64,000 nt of DNA from an uncultured Chlamydiae bacterium (lineage in GTDB: Bacteria > Chlamydiota > Chlamydiia > Chlamydiales > SM23-39). Shown one piece after another: positions 30,109 to 40,679 of the stretch (positions are counted from its first letter, which is position 1; each line of letters opens with the position of its first letter). Under the pieces are notes generated by a model. That model searched no databases and had not been told where the DNA came from. It saw nothing but the letters and a program-made list of their open reading frames with translations. The stretch lies in contig CAWHDP010000001.1 of the NCBI GenBank assembly GCA_963828125.1, positions 128,001 through 192,000 of the forward strand. Reading direction: 5' to 3'. Position numbers and translations under genes: made by a program.

Positions 30109-30555
30109 CTACGACCTCGCAAAAATTTCGCTCGGCTTAAAGAAAAATGCAATCTCTGCTTTCGCATTCGCTAGACTGTCCGATCCGTGCACCGCATTCC
30201 GCTCGATCGACGTCGCAAAGTCGGCGCGGATCGTCCCAGGCGCGGCTTTGGCTGGATCGGTCGCCCCCATAATTTGACGATTCCGGGCTACCGCGTTCTC
30301 CCCTTCAAGAACCATCACAAGGACGGGTCCTGACGTCATAAATTCAACCAGCTCCTGAAAAAAAGGGCGGTCTTTATGCACGGCATAGAATGATTTCGCT
30401 TGCTCGACCGATAAGTGAAGCATCTTCGCTGCTGTCACATTCAGCCCTTCTCGCTCAAAATATTCAATAATATTTCCAATCATGTTCTGCCCAACGGCAT
30501 CAGGCTTAATGATCGATAATGTCTGTTCTAAAGTTTGTGTGGTAGTTTGGGCCAT
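30109..30555 (-). CDS. ndk: Nucleoside diphosphate kinase
   Basis: [33 protein letters not shown]. Confidence 0.95.
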   Translation of the reverse strand: MAQTTTQTLEQTLSIIKPDAVGQNMIGNIIEYFEREGLNVTAAKMLHLSVEQAKSFYAVHKDRPFFQELVEFMTSGPVLVMVLEGENAVARNRQIMGATDPAKAAPGTIRADFATSIERNAVHGSDSLANAKAEIAFFFKPSEIFARS

Positions 30556-30674
30556 TACATTCTCCATAGGGTATTTTGTAGTGACATTGTAAACCAAGGG
30601 GGTAATAAATCTCACGAAGTTCTGTTGAAAAATGGCGAAAAATTTTAAAATCACCAGTTTCCAGGGGGGAAAAG

Positions 30675-31727
30675 ATGGCTTATGGCGACTATCCTGATCT
30701 GACCGGAGTAAAAAAAATTCTTGTCGTTAAACTCAGACAGTTGGGGGACGTCCTTCTGACAGGGGCGGTTTTTAAGGCTCTAAAGGGGCGCTTGCCTGAG
30801 GCGAGAATCGATGCGTATGTCTATACAGAGGCGTTCCCAATGCTGGAGGGGCATCCCGGGGTCGATGGATTGGTGGGCTATGGCCGAGGCTGGAAAAAGC
30901 TGGGGCTTCTGGGTCGGCTAAAAAAAGAGGGGGAGCTTTGGCTCGCGATCCGGAGGGCTGGCTACGATATGGTACTCAATCTGACTGAAGGGGATAGGGG
31001 AGCTCTCGCAGCTCGAGTCTCGGGGGCGAGGATCAGGGTCGGGTTCGAGCCCAAGGGGAGGTGGCAAAAGGGAATTTATACCCACGTTGTCAAGCATTGC
31101 CCAGGCCTCCGGCATACGGTCGAGAGAAATTTAGACGCTCTGCGGCGGATCGGAATCTTTCCTGCCATCGAAGAGAGGGAATTGTTCTTAGGAGTGCCTG
31201 AGGAGGCGAGGAGAAGGGTCGGGGAGCTGGTTGCCGGGCCTTTCGTGATGATCCACCCAACTTCCAGGTGGCGCTTTAAATGCTGGCCGGCGGATCGGAT
31301 GAGAAGATTGGCGGAAGAGTTGCTCCGGCGGGGAAAAAAGATCGTTTTTACGTCGGGGCCTGATGAGGTGGAACGGGCTATGGTCGAGGAAATTGCGACG
31401 GGATTGAATGTGGTGAATTTGAGCGGAAAGCTCTCGCTAAAGGAGCTCGCCGCCCTGATCGAGAAGAGCGAGCTCTTGGTGTGTGTGGATAGCGTTCCGT
31501 TTCATATGGCCAGTGCGTTGAAAAAACCGGTCGTCGCTCTCTTTGGGCCTACGTCGGACGTCACTTGGGGGCCGTGGCGCAATCCTAAGGCAAGAATCGT
31601 CGCACAAGCCTTCAGCTGTAGGCCTTGTTATCAGGATGGCTGCGGGGGGAGCAAAAGGAGCGATTGCCTGGCGACGCTGCCGGTCGGGAGGGTTCTAGAG
31701 GCGATTGATAGTTTGTTGGTTTTTTAA
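30675..31727 (+). CDS. Glycosyltransferase family 9 (LPS heptosyltransferase III-like)
   Basis: [42 protein letters not shown]. Confidence 0.88.
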   Translation: MAYGDYPDLTGVKKILVVKLRQLGDVLLTGAVFKALKGRLPEARIDAYVYTEAFPMLEGHPGVDGLVGYGRGWKKLGLLGRLKKEGELWLAIRRAGYDMVLNLTEGDRGALAARVSGARIRVGFEPKGRWQKGIYTHVVKHCPGLRHTVERNLDALRRIGIFPAIEERELFLGVPEEARRRVGELVAGPFVMIHPTSRWRFKCWPADRMRRLAEELLRRGKKIVFTSGPDEVERAMVEEIATGLNVVNLSGKLSLKELAALIEKSELLVCVDSVPFHMASALKKPVVALFGPTSDVTWGPWRNPKARIVAQAFSCRPCYQDGCGGSKRSDCLATLPVGRVLEAIDSLLVF

Positions 31728-31815
31728 GTTTTTAATCCTAAAACACTTATGTTTTATTGTGTTTAATTATATTTAATATTTGTTATAATCAAATGTATTA
31801 AAAAATTTGGTGTTT

Positions 31816-32619
31816 ATGAATGAAGTGTCAAGGCAAAATCAAAGCCAGTCAATTCCAAAAGCGATTTCTGATGGAACCGATAGATATTATAATATAGCTT
31901 TTGTCGATCATGAGAAATATTTTAAATGGCAGTACCCGGAAACAATTACCTTCCCGTGGGCCAAAGAAGGGGGGATTTTTTGGCCTTCACACGACTCGCT
32001 CCACCAAGATCAGATTGCGGAAGGGACTCGGATCACCACTTTCACGGGCCGAACAGTGACAGGCTGCAATGTTTCGGGTTCGCCAGAAATGTTTAGGATC
32101 TTTTTTTATGCCAAAAAAGTTCTAGGACGAGTGAAGATATGCTTAGAAAACTATTTAAGTCAAGGTATGGAGTTCAATTCGCTAGAGCAGCTCATTCAAC
32201 AGCATCATATAGTGTTCGAACGAACTGAAACAATGAGACGTCAGATAGCAAAGATCGCCGATATTCATAAAATAGCTGAAATCGTGAAAAAAAACGGAGT
32301 GGGTGCGGGTCCGCATATAACCAAATTAGCGGCGGCTACACTCTCTCAGGTTTGTCCCGGTTTAAGGATACAAATTGTGTCGATGAAACCTGGAGATCAT
32401 GCACTTCTCATCCTCGGTCAGGGAAAAAACAGAGTGCTATTTGATCCTTTTGCACAACTCATCGCGCGATTTCCTTCTGTTCTATACGATTACCATGGAC
32501 TCGTGATGTATAAATTGCAGGTACACAAAAAAAATAAAACTTCGGAATGGATTCTTCATGTTCCTAAGGTAGAAAAAATGAACGAAGACCAGTGTCTTGA
32601 GGTTACGCACTCTCTATAG
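31816..32619 (+). CDS. Hypothetical AT-richer protein, possibly a transglutaminase-like pseudoenzyme effector
   Basis: GVGAGPH...GDHALLILG...LFDPF; TGTTATAAT upstream. Confidence 0.55.
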   Translation: MNEVSRQNQSQSIPKAISDGTDRYYNIAFVDHEKYFKWQYPETITFPWAKEGGIFWPSHDSLHQDQIAEGTRITTFTGRTVTGCNVSGSPEMFRIFFYAKKVLGRVKICLENYLSQGMEFNSLEQLIQQHHIVFERTETMRRQIAKIADIHKIAEIVKKNGVGAGPHITKLAAATLSQVCPGLRIQIVSMKPGDHALLILGQGKNRVLFDPFAQLIARFPSVLYDYHGLVMYKLQVHKKNKTSEWILHVPKVEKMNEDQCLEVTHSL

Positions 32620-32622
32620 CTC

Positions 32623-33339
32623 TCATAATCGAAAGTCGTGGCCGAGATAGGTTCTGCGGGCCTCTGGGTCATTGACGAGGGCTTCTGTGGGCCCCGATAG
32701 AAGTACTTTCCCTTCTTGAATCAGATACGATCTGCAGGCAATTGAGAAGATCTCGCGGGCATTGTGGTCGGTGATGAGGACGCTGATCCCTTTTTGCTGT
32801 AAAATGCGGATGAGGTGTTTGAGATCCGTAACGGCGAGGGGGTCGATGTTCGCGAAAGGTTCGTCGAGGAGAAGGAGCGAGGGGCGGGTCACGAGGGCGC
32901 GGGTGATTTCGAGGCGTCGCCGCTCGCCGCCAGAGAGGCTCGAGGCCATTTTTTTGCGGAGATGTTGAAGGTGGAGTTCGCCCAGGAGAAGGTCGAGCCG
33001 CTCGTGCCGGTTCGGAATGGGGAGCGTCTCTAAGATGCAGAGGATGTTATCTTCGACAGTGAGTGAGCGGAAAATCGATGGCTCTTGGGCAAGATAGCCA
33101 AAGCCAAGCTGGGCTCTTTTGTGGACGGGAAGAGAGGTGATGTTTTGCCCTTTAAAATAGACTTCCCCTTCGTCGGGCTGAATGAGTCCGATGGTCATGT
33201 AAAAAGCGGTGGTTTTTCCGGCGCCGTTCGGCCCGAGGAGCCCGACGACTTCCCCTTGCTGAACGTTGAATGAAAGGCCGTTTACGACGGCTTTCCCATT
33301 GTAGCGCTTCACGAGGCTCTTCACTTCCAATAGGTTCAT
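32623..33339 (-). CDS. lptB: LPS export ABC transporter ATP-binding protein
   Basis: GLLGPNGAGKTT, GYLAQEPSIF, LSGGERRRLEI, LITDHN. Confidence 0.95.
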   Translation of the reverse strand: MNLLEVKSLVKRYNGKAVVNGLSFNVQQGEVVGLLGPNGAGKTTAFYMTIGLIQPDEGEVYFKGQNITSLPVHKRAQLGFGYLAQEPSIFRSLTVEDNILCILETLPIPNRHERLDLLLGELHLQHLRKKMASSLSGGERRRLEITRALVTRPSLLLLDEPFANIDPLAVTDLKHLIRILQQKGISVLITDHNAREIFSIACRSYLIQEGKVLLSGPTEALVNDPEARRTYLGHDFRL

Positions 33340-34253
33340 AAATACCGCTTAAAAAATGTGTCGATGACGTCCTGCTCGTCTAAATCAAAGGCGAAATGGA
33401 CGTTGCCGAGCCCTTCGACGGATTGATCTTGGCGAATGAGGATTTCGGCGGCGCTGAGGGAGAGGCCTTCTTGCCAAAAGAGAACTCTCTTCTCAGAGGT
33501 GAAGCGGAGAGTTTGGTCTTTGGGATCGTAGATGAGGGCGTCGGCGAGGGCATAGCTCTCTTTATTTTGAATCGAAGAGGAGAGGAGGCGGACTTCTCCT
33601 TTGAGTGTGATGAGGGTCGGTTCGAGCTCATTGAGTGTGACGACGCCTAGATCCGCGAGGAGAGTGAGTTTTCCTGGCTGCTCAATGCGCACTGTGTCCA
33701 AAAGATGGAGCGTCTCTCCTTTTTTGTCCCAAATCAACTGGGCGGCGGAAAAATGGAGGGGGCCGGAGGCCAATTGCCCTCTCGGATTTTCATAGGTGAC
33801 GATCTGTTTCGCTAAATCGAGCTGAATCTGGGTTCCGTCGATCTGATTGCCTCCTTGAACGAGATGACAATTGTCTCGAGCCGTGAATTGGTGTGTGGGA
33901 TAGGTGTAGATCCCTTCGCCTGCTGTGAGGATACAATCATTTTCTATGTGGCATTCGATGTTTGTCAGCTTTTCAATAGCCTCAATCTTCTCTTTTTTTT
34001 GCGATAGGATCAGCTCTGAGTCTTGGCTCTGTATTTGGAAGTGGCGGGTTTCGTTTTCCGTCCAAATGTCTTTCTGCACATTCTGGCGGCTCTGGCGGGC
34101 CGGCTTCTCTTCCAGCGCGCGGCGGGTCCTCAGGTCGAGGCTCTCTTGCACAAGCCGGTCGTAGATCTCCTGGTCGCCAGGTTCAAGCCGGATGTGAAAC
34201 CAGTAAACGCCAAAGAGGAGAAGCGCAGTTAGCGCGATACAACGGAGAAACAT
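33336..34253 (-). CDS. LptC/LptA-like beta-jellyroll LPS export protein
   Basis: N-terminal TM, beta-rich, lies between kdsA and lptB. Confidence 0.6.
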   Translation of the reverse strand: MFLRCIALTALLLFGVYWFHIRLEPGDQEIYDRLVQESLDLRTRRALEEKPARQSRQNVQKDIWTENETRHFQIQSQDSELILSQKKEKIEAIEKLTNIECHIENDCILTAGEGIYTYPTHQFTARDNCHLVQGGNQIDGTQIQLDLAKQIVTYENPRGQLASGPLHFSAAQLIWDKKGETLHLLDTVRIEQPGKLTLLADLGVVTLNELEPTLITLKGEVRLLSSSIQNKESYALADALIYDPKDQTLRFTSEKRVLFWQEGLSLSAAEILIRQDQSVEGLGNVHFAFDLDEQDVIDTFFKRYL

Positions 34254-35065
34254 TGGACCGCCTCATACAGCCTTTCGACTTGGGAAAGGAGGGTTTTTAG
34301 AGCCTCGTAGGGCATCACTGTGCTTGCGTCAGATTTGGCAAGGGCTGGATTCGGGTGGGCTTCAATAAAAAGGGCGTTGGCTCCAACGGCAATAGCGGCT
34401 TTAGCCAGTGTGGGAATAAACTCGCGCTGCCCTCCCGTGGCGTGGCCGAGGCCTCCGGGAAGCTGGTTCGAGTGCGTCGCGTCAAAACAGACCGGGTAAC
34501 CGAAAGATTGCATGACCGGAATGGCCCGCATGTCGCTCACGAGGTTGTTGTAACCAAAAGAGGTGCCCCGGTCTGTGAGGATGATTCTCTCTTGTCCTGA
34601 GGCTACCAGTTTCTCAACCACGTTCGACATGTCCCACGGCGAGACAAATTGCCCTTTTTTCACGTTGACGGCGGCGGGGGCCTTCCCTGCGGCGATGATG
34701 AGATCCGTTTGCCGGCAGAGAAAGGCGGGGATCTGAATCACGTCTACGATAGATCCGGCCAGGGCCGCCTCTTCAGGGCTATGGATATCTGTCAAAACGG
34801 GAAGATCCCATTCCCGCTGCACTTTGGCAAGAATTTCAAGCCCTTTGTCTACCCCAGGGCCGCGAAAAGAGTGGATCGAGGTCCGATTCGCCTTGTCATA
34901 GGAGGCTTTAAAAATAAATTGAAAGGGAAAGCGACTGAAAATCTCTTTGAGATCTTCGGCAGAGCGGAGGGTGAATTCTTCGCTCTCAATCACGCAGGGG
35001 CCGCAAATGACTGTCAGTGGACGCCTCTCGCCGACGACCAAATTCTTAATCCGCACTTCTTTCAT
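34229..35065 (-). CDS. kdsA: KDO 8-phosphate synthase
   Basis: GPCVIES, KASYDKANRTS, QIPAFLCRQT, FDATHS. Confidence 0.97.
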   Translation of the reverse strand: MKEVRIKNLVVGERRPLTVICGPCVIESEEFTLRSAEDLKEIFSRFPFQFIFKASYDKANRTSIHSFRGPGVDKGLEILAKVQREWDLPVLTDIHSPEEAALAGSIVDVIQIPAFLCRQTDLIIAAGKAPAAVNVKKGQFVSPWDMSNVVEKLVASGQERIILTDRGTSFGYNNLVSDMRAIPVMQSFGYPVCFDATHSNQLPGGLGHATGGQREFIPTLAKAAIAVGANALFIEAHPNPALAKSDASTVMPYEALKTLLSQVERLYEAVQCFSVVSR

Positions 35066-35083
35066 ACAGAGGGATCATAGCCG

Positions 35084-36526
35084 CTAGAGGTCATCATTTC
35101 CATAAAAATCGGTCAGATCCCTATTCCATTTCTGGAGCGAGGGGTAGTCGAAAAGAAATCCGTGTCCTGCTTCGTAATATTTCAGCTCGATGTTTTTCCG
35201 ATAGGAATCCGGAAGATCGAGATGCTCAAAACAAAATTCAGTGGCGGCAAAGGGGGTTCTGCAATCGTAATAGCCCGATCCAACAAAGACCTTCATGAGG
35301 GGATTGAGGACGAGGGTTCTCCGGAGCCTTTGGAGTAAATTCGGCTCTCCGTAAGAATCGTACGTTCCCGCATTCCACGAAGAGAAAGCATCATAGGAAA
35401 AGCCTTGATACTTTCTGAAGGGTAAAAAAGTGTCGAGTTCGCTCTGCAAATAGTGCTGAAGGGCGGGGACAACGCCCGCAGAATCGAGATAACTCGGATC
35501 GTGCGCATGATCGGGGTCGATGGTGCAGATATCGCCTATATACCTGCTGTCGAGTCCGCCTAGGGCTTTCCGTTCAGGTCCAAAAAATTCGGCGGTGTAA
35601 ATCGCTTCGTTGATCCGGCAATTATAGCGCTTGAGTGTGTCTACGGGGAGGCCGATGAGTTCGGCGAGAGTCTTTTCGAGGGCGGCTTTCTCGACATAGC
35701 TCAGGCGGGAGGGTTGGAGCATATAGGGGGCAAATTGCTCATAGGTAAACTTCCTTGCATAATCGACGACCTCTTGGAGCGATTTTTCGGGCCAGAGCCT
35801 CCCATGATACCAGGCGGTTGCGGCAAAGGTGGGGATTAAAAGCCAGTCGGGGAGCGCTTTATCCCGCTGGGACCAGAGGGTCGATTGTTCAAAAGCGCAG
35901 CCGTCGAGAATGATCCCTTTGACGTGGATCCCATATTGGAGCAAATTTAGGGCCAGTCCGCAGCAGCGGAGCGTCCCATAGCTTCCGCCAGCGAGGTAAA
36001 TGGGGGAATTCCAACGCTGGCCGATGTCTATGTAGGTATGGACGAATTCCCCAAGGCTCTGAATATCCCCCTCAACGCTGAAAAAATCATCGGTATCGAC
36101 CTCCTCCATCGCTCGACTAAATCCGCAATCGACCGGATCGACGTAGACGAGGTCGGTCAACCCGAGGAGCGTTTGAGGATTGTCGATGATTTTGTAGGGG
36201 GGGATCGGCGTCCGCCCTTCGTCTGCGGTGAGGAGTCGCCGCGGGCCGAAAGCGAGGATCGATTCGACGGTTCCCGCCCCTCCAGGGCCTCCAGGGAAGA
36301 CAAATGTGATCGGCCGGTGCGCTGCGTCGTTTTTGACGTAGGCAACAAAAAAAAGTTCGGCTTCTGTATGGCCGTCCCGAAAAATCGGACACATCCCGGT
36401 GATCGCGGTGTAGGAGAGGGGGCCGTTTTCTAATTCCAATACGTGATTCGTGATGTTGAGATCATATGACTCCTCCTCCTCGGCGTAAAGGAAGGGGACG
36501 AAAAGCAGGAAGAGCAGATAGCGCAT
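35084..36526 (-). CDS. Serine carboxypeptidase (S10) with signal peptide
   Basis: GGPGGA, AGGSYGTLR, GYYDCRTPF, YEAGH. Confidence 0.9.
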   Translation of the reverse strand: MRYLLFLLFVPFLYAEEEESYDLNITNHVLELENGPLSYTAITGMCPIFRDGHTEAELFFVAYVKNDAAHRPITFVFPGGPGGAGTVESILAFGPRRLLTADEGRTPIPPYKIIDNPQTLLGLTDLVYVDPVDCGFSRAMEEVDTDDFFSVEGDIQSLGEFVHTYIDIGQRWNSPIYLAGGSYGTLRCCGLALNLLQYGIHVKGIILDGCAFEQSTLWSQRDKALPDWLLIPTFAATAWYHGRLWPEKSLQEVVDYARKFTYEQFAPYMLQPSRLSYVEKAALEKTLAELIGLPVDTLKRYNCRINEAIYTAEFFGPERKALGGLDSRYIGDICTIDPDHAHDPSYLDSAGVVPALQHYLQSELDTFLPFRKYQGFSYDAFSSWNAGTYDSYGEPNLLQRLRRTLVLNPLMKVFVGSGYYDCRTPFAATEFCFEHLDLPDSYRKNIELKYYEAGHGFLFDYPSLQKWNRDLTDFYGNDDL

Positions 36527-36584
36527 AGAGCCTCGTTAAAAAGAAATAGGCTACCTCGACTTCCCTCAAAAAGGCAAGGAATTC

Positions 36585-36613
36585 TTGCCAAATACGCTAT
36601 GAAAAGATAGAAT
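36585..36613 (+). promoter_or_regulatory. sigma70-type promoter of tRNA-Arg
   Basis: TTGCCA-17-TAGAAT. Confidence 0.65.
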
Positions 36614-36626
36614 GGACGGATATTTT

Positions 36627-36699
36627 GGATTGATAGCTCAGTGGATAGAGCACCCGCCTTCTAAGCGGGCGGTCGCAGGTTCGAGTCCTGCTCAATCCG
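36627..36699 (+). tRNA. tRNA-Arg(UCU)
   Basis: Cloverleaf; anticodon arm CCCGC-CTTCTAA-GCGGG; GTTCGAG T-loop. Confidence 0.95.
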
Positions 36700-36720
36700 T
36701 CCATTTAACTGAAATGATGT

Positions 36721-39192
36721 ATGAAAAATTTGCTCGGCGATCATCAGATGACCATTCAACTCTTCGATGGGTTAGATGGGATCGTTAAACACTTGAAAGG
36801 GGTGAGAGAGCCTGTCGGCCGGAAAAGGAGCGATCTGGTCAATCGGACCCTCTTGGCATTGATCGAAAAGGGATCGGAGCCTTGTTTTTTGCTCCCCGCT
36901 GTTTTGCAGTTCATCGAGCGGGTCGATGAAGCGGGGATTCTGCAGCATTACACCTTCACTAGTTTTGAGATCTGGCTGAATCAGTACTCCGGATTGAGTT
37001 TCGAGGAGAATTATGCCGTTCGAGCGAAGATCGCGGGTAAAAGGGTGGAGCGGAGCGATTACCAGGCCCTGTTTCCCATTGGGATGGGAAAGGTTTATGA
37101 GGGGACCCACTTTGTCACGGCCCACAAGTCGCCCGATCTCGATACGACGATCGCCTCCTTCTGGGGCTGGCTCGATGCGTTCGCCGCGCGGGTGAGCCAT
37201 GGGATCCACGTCTGGAATTTGCCAGATGGGCCCCCCCCTTCGCAAATTGAGATCGATTGGATTTTTCGCGATCTCTTTGGCGCGGCGGTCTTTACCCATC
37301 TCCCCAAGACGAGGACCCTCCTCAATTTGACCGGCAACGACTTGATGAGTCAACAGGGGATGCAGATAAAAACCTTGCAGGACTCTATTGGGGAGATCGA
37401 TCACGGACAGAGCGTAGATGCGGTTCTTGTCGTCGATGAAAACGGTTTTTTCCTCGGCGATTGGCGTTTCACCGATGTCGAAGGGGTTCGGCAGGTGATC
37501 ATTTCTCTCAGCAGCTGTCTCCGTTGGTTTGAAAATAGCCTCCATCTTCAGCTGATTTCTGTCTTCGCTAATGAAAAGATCGATGTAACCGATATTCAGA
37601 ACGCTCTCCAGCGCCTTCTCACGCTAAAATTAGAAGATGCGGAGCCGACGCTCGAATTTTCGCCCAAACAAAAAGGGCATGTCGATCTGTTTATGAAGCA
37701 GGTGCTTGAGATGAAAAAAGGGCTCGGCTCTGACTTCGAGGAATTTGCGACTGTTTTGAGCGCGCTCGGAGAGATCCCTTTCGGCGGCGTCGACGGGTTG
37801 ATCGCTAGAATGAAACAAGCTGAGTTGTTCGACGCCCGCGGCCATCTGATCGATATGCGCCCTCGCATTTTTGCGTTCCTCGAGGGGGCGATCCAGTCTC
37901 TGCATCAAGGGATCGTCAAAATCAGAGCCCGATTGGAGAGGCTCGATATCGCCCTCAAAACAAAATATCAGGTGTTCGGCAAGCATTTAAACGCCGTCAC
38001 GAATCGATCTGACGTCGAAGAAATTAAAAATAAAATGGGTTCATATTCTTACTTGACGGTTGTTTATCCAGATGGGGACAAACTGTATCCAGTTGGCGTC
38101 ATTCACGCCTCTGAGCTCAGGCGGGCGACTTTGGGAACAGTCTCGCTCAGAGATTTCTGCAATCGGGACGAGATGGGAATCCCCCCCTATTTAGATGTGA
38201 TCAGCGTCATTGACCACCACAAATCGGCCCTCAATACGTTTGCTCCGCCAGTGGCGATCCTCTCCGACGTCCAGTCGAGCAATACGCTCGTCGCTCAAAA
38301 GGCGTTCGAAATCAACGACGGGGGGCGCAGAAAGCCCTCGTTCATTCACAAAGAACGGGAATTCATCGAGTATCTCCATTTCCTATATGGGATCATCGAC
38401 GATACCGACCTGTTGAGCAAAGCCAGCGCAATGGATGTGCAGTGCGTCGCGGCCCTTTTAAACCGGATGAAAACCCTGGCGGCAGGCAAAAAAAGCGTTG
38501 TAGTCTCCCTTGACGACTTGCCGCGCGATCGGAATTTTCCCCAAAAAGGGGCTGAGCGGATTTTGCAGAACGAAGAGATGTATTCTCTTTATCGGAAAGT
38601 CTATCAGTATCGGGAAAAAGAGGTGGAAAAAAATATCCGCCTGTGCGCCAAAGGAGAGCCTTCCAATTTTTTCGCCGACACAAAAGAGCAAAACGGCTGC
38701 TGCCGTGTTGGACAAACTAAGCTGTTTGCTTCGAATATCGGCCAGTTTGAAGAGCATGCCGGAAACATCCGGCGGGTTTGGCTCGATCGGGCTTTGAAAA
38801 CAGCGCAAGAAAAGCCGGAGATCGATTTACATATCCATATGGTTAGCACCATTGTGAATGCGGAGGAGGTCTATAAAGGGACTGTGGGCAAGTATAGCCA
38901 CTCCGATGAACTTTGGCTTTGGATCCCCAATCAGGAAATCGCCGTCGAACACCTGAAACGTTTTTTGAATGCATTCCAATCTTCGCCCGGATTGAAAAAT
39001 AATCCGCTCCGAGTCGAGTTGACCGGCCCCAACGCCGATGAATTCGCTCTGATCTTTAAAGAGAGTTTCTTGGAGGTCCCTCAGAAAAAATTGAAGCAGA
39101 ATCTTCCCCTGGCCGTCTTAAAATACAGGGCGGGCTCGCTCAATTCTAGAAAAGCAATGGTGAGCCCTTTTCTCCCCCGAAGAGAAGTATAG
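36721..39192 (+). CDS. DHH-family protein (family II pyrophosphatase/exopolyphosphatase-like) with a large insertion
   Basis: TAHKSPDLDT, VIDHH, SSNTLV, GIIDDT motifs. Confidence 0.7.
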   Translation: MKNLLGDHQMTIQLFDGLDGIVKHLKGVREPVGRKRSDLVNRTLLALIEKGSEPCFLLPAVLQFIERVDEAGILQHYTFTSFEIWLNQYSGLSFEENYAVRAKIAGKRVERSDYQALFPIGMGKVYEGTHFVTAHKSPDLDTTIASFWGWLDAFAARVSHGIHVWNLPDGPPPSQIEIDWIFRDLFGAAVFTHLPKTRTLLNLTGNDLMSQQGMQIKTLQDSIGEIDHGQSVDAVLVVDENGFFLGDWRFTDVEGVRQVIISLSSCLRWFENSLHLQLISVFANEKIDVTDIQNALQRLLTLKLEDAEPTLEFSPKQKGHVDLFMKQVLEMKKGLGSDFEEFATVLSALGEIPFGGVDGLIARMKQAELFDARGHLIDMRPRIFAFLEGAIQSLHQGIVKIRARLERLDIALKTKYQVFGKHLNAVTNRSDVEEIKNKMGSYSYLTVVYPDGDKLYPVGVIHASELRRATLGTVSLRDFCNRDEMGIPPYLDVISVIDHHKSALNTFAPPVAILSDVQSSNTLVAQKAFEINDGGRRKPSFIHKEREFIEYLHFLYGIIDDTDLLSKASAMDVQCVAALLNRMKTLAAGKKSVVVSLDDLPRDRNFPQKGAERILQNEEMYSLYRKVYQYREKEVEKNIRLCAKGEPSNFFADTKEQNGCCRVGQTKLFASNIGQFEEHAGNIRRVWLDRALKTAQEKPEIDLHIHMVSTIVNAEEVYKGTVGKYSHSDELWLWIPNQEIAVEHLKRFLNAFQSSPGLKNNPLRVELTGPNADEFALIFKESFLEVPQKKLKQNLPLAVLKYRAGSLNSRKAMVSPFLPRREV

Positions 39193-39194
39193 GA

Positions 39195-39437
39195 TCACTC
39201 CTTTTCGTCTTCGATGATTTCGAGATTGACGCGGAGGCCGTTGCGGCTCGCGACTGACATCAAAAGAGTCCGGATCGCATTGATGGTTTTCCCTTTTTTG
39301 CCGATGATTTTGCCAATATCTGATTTTTCGACGCCGAGTTCGATGATGAGCGTATGGGTGCCGCCCACTTCATTAATGCGGACTTGGTCTGGGTGATCGA
39401 CGAGATTCTTAACGATGTATTCAACAAATTCTTTCAT
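39195..39437 (-). CDS. khpA: KH-domain RNA-binding protein
   Basis: MKEFVEYIVKNLVD, DIGKIIGKKGKTINAIR. Confidence 0.92.
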   Translation of the reverse strand: MKEFVEYIVKNLVDHPDQVRINEVGGTHTLIIELGVEKSDIGKIIGKKGKTINAIRTLLMSVASRNGLRVNLEIIEDEKE

Positions 39438-39519
39438 AGGATGCGTGCCTCTTTCTTTCGATAGGGGGAGTTCGAATTTCAAGAAAATTATATCCTTTAA
39501 GAAGATATTTTGCAATATG

Positions 39520-40463
39520 TTAAATCAAAACGGGTGCGCAGAGGGAAGGGCCGCACAGTTTTTGCAGCCAGACTTTCATGTCTATGGGGATAGGGGCGAT
39601 GAGCTGGATCGGGGCCCCTGTAATGGGATGATCAAAGGAGAGGCGGTAGGCATGGAGCAGGATCCTCTCCGTTGAGGCTCCCTTGCCATACAGAGGGTCG
39701 TTGATTACAGGAGAACCAATATGTTTCAGATGAACCCTAATTTGGTGGGTACGGCCCGTGCGCGGCTTGGCGACCACAAGGCTTGCCTTGTCGTTGAAAG
39801 CGGCTACCTGGATTTCGGTGATCGCCTCCCTGCCGTCAGGAAGGGCGGCCATCTCTTTTCGATGGACTGGGTGGCGGCCGATGGGAGCCTGGATGACCGT
39901 ATTGGCGGGGCGTCCATGGCAAATAGCGAGATATGTTTTCTCCATTTTTCGGCTCGAAAAGAGCTCGATCAGCCTCCGATGGGCTTCGCGGGTTTTGGCT
40001 GCGAGAAGAACCCCTGTGGTGTCTTTATCGAGCCGATGGACGATGCCCGGGCGGAGAGGGTCGTCTCCGGGAGGGAGATCTTGGCAGTGAGCCATGAGCG
40101 CGTTCACAAAGGTGCCCGACCAATGGCCTGGAGCCGGATGGACGACCATGCCTGCTGGTTTATTGACGGCGAGAATATGGGGGTCTTCATAGAGAATTTC
40201 TAAAGGGATAGCCTCAGGGGTCAGCAGCGCCTCGGGCGTTGCTTGAAAACAGATCTCGATCTCATCCCCCTCTTCGGGGATGACCCTTTTTTGATCGGCT
40301 CGCCGTTGAGCAAAACGCAACCGATCTCTAACAAATGTTGGAAATAGGTCCTTGAATAAGAGGGGAAACGGGCTGCTAACAGCTTATCGATCCGTTCCCC
40401 CTCCTCATCTGCGGAGATGAAAAGAAATTCGCACTCTTCTGGGTTTGAAATAGGCAGATCCAT
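39520..40463 (-). CDS. rluD: RluA/RluD pseudouridine synthase; apparent frameshift in A6 at 40287-40292, probably a sequencing error
   Basis: S4 domain ERIDKLLA..SRT in 40221..40463; NKPAG, HRLDKDTTG, TGRTHQIRVH in 39520..40320. Confidence 0.9.
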
Positions 40464-40502
40464 AAAAACCGGCCTTATAGTATCTCACCTGAGGTTTTGG
40501 CC

Positions 40503-40655
40503 TCAAGAGGTTTGCTGAGTGGATGTGTCATTTGGGTCGACGTCGGGGTTCCCCGCGTTCCCAACAGCTTGATTGAGCTGGGCCAGTAATTGTTGTTCTT
40601 GAGAATAAAAGTCCCAAGCTGCACTACTGGTCGCTTTATTGCTAGATATTTCCAT
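40503..40655 (-). CDS. 50-aa small protein missing from the ORF track
   Basis: MEISSNKATSSAAWDFYSQEQQLLAQLNQAVG...; AGGGG SD; perfect promoter upstream. Confidence 0.6.
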   Translation of the reverse strand: MEISSNKATSSAAWDFYSQEQQLLAQLNQAVGNAGNPDVDPNDTSTQQTS

Positions 40656-40679
40656 AATCCCCTTAAGTTATACTCTTTA

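Noticed and set aside
40287..40292. Programmed frameshift or pseudogenisation of rluD
   Set aside because: One missing A in a homopolymer restores the gene; the same pattern occurs in the ATPase, so sequencing error is more likely.
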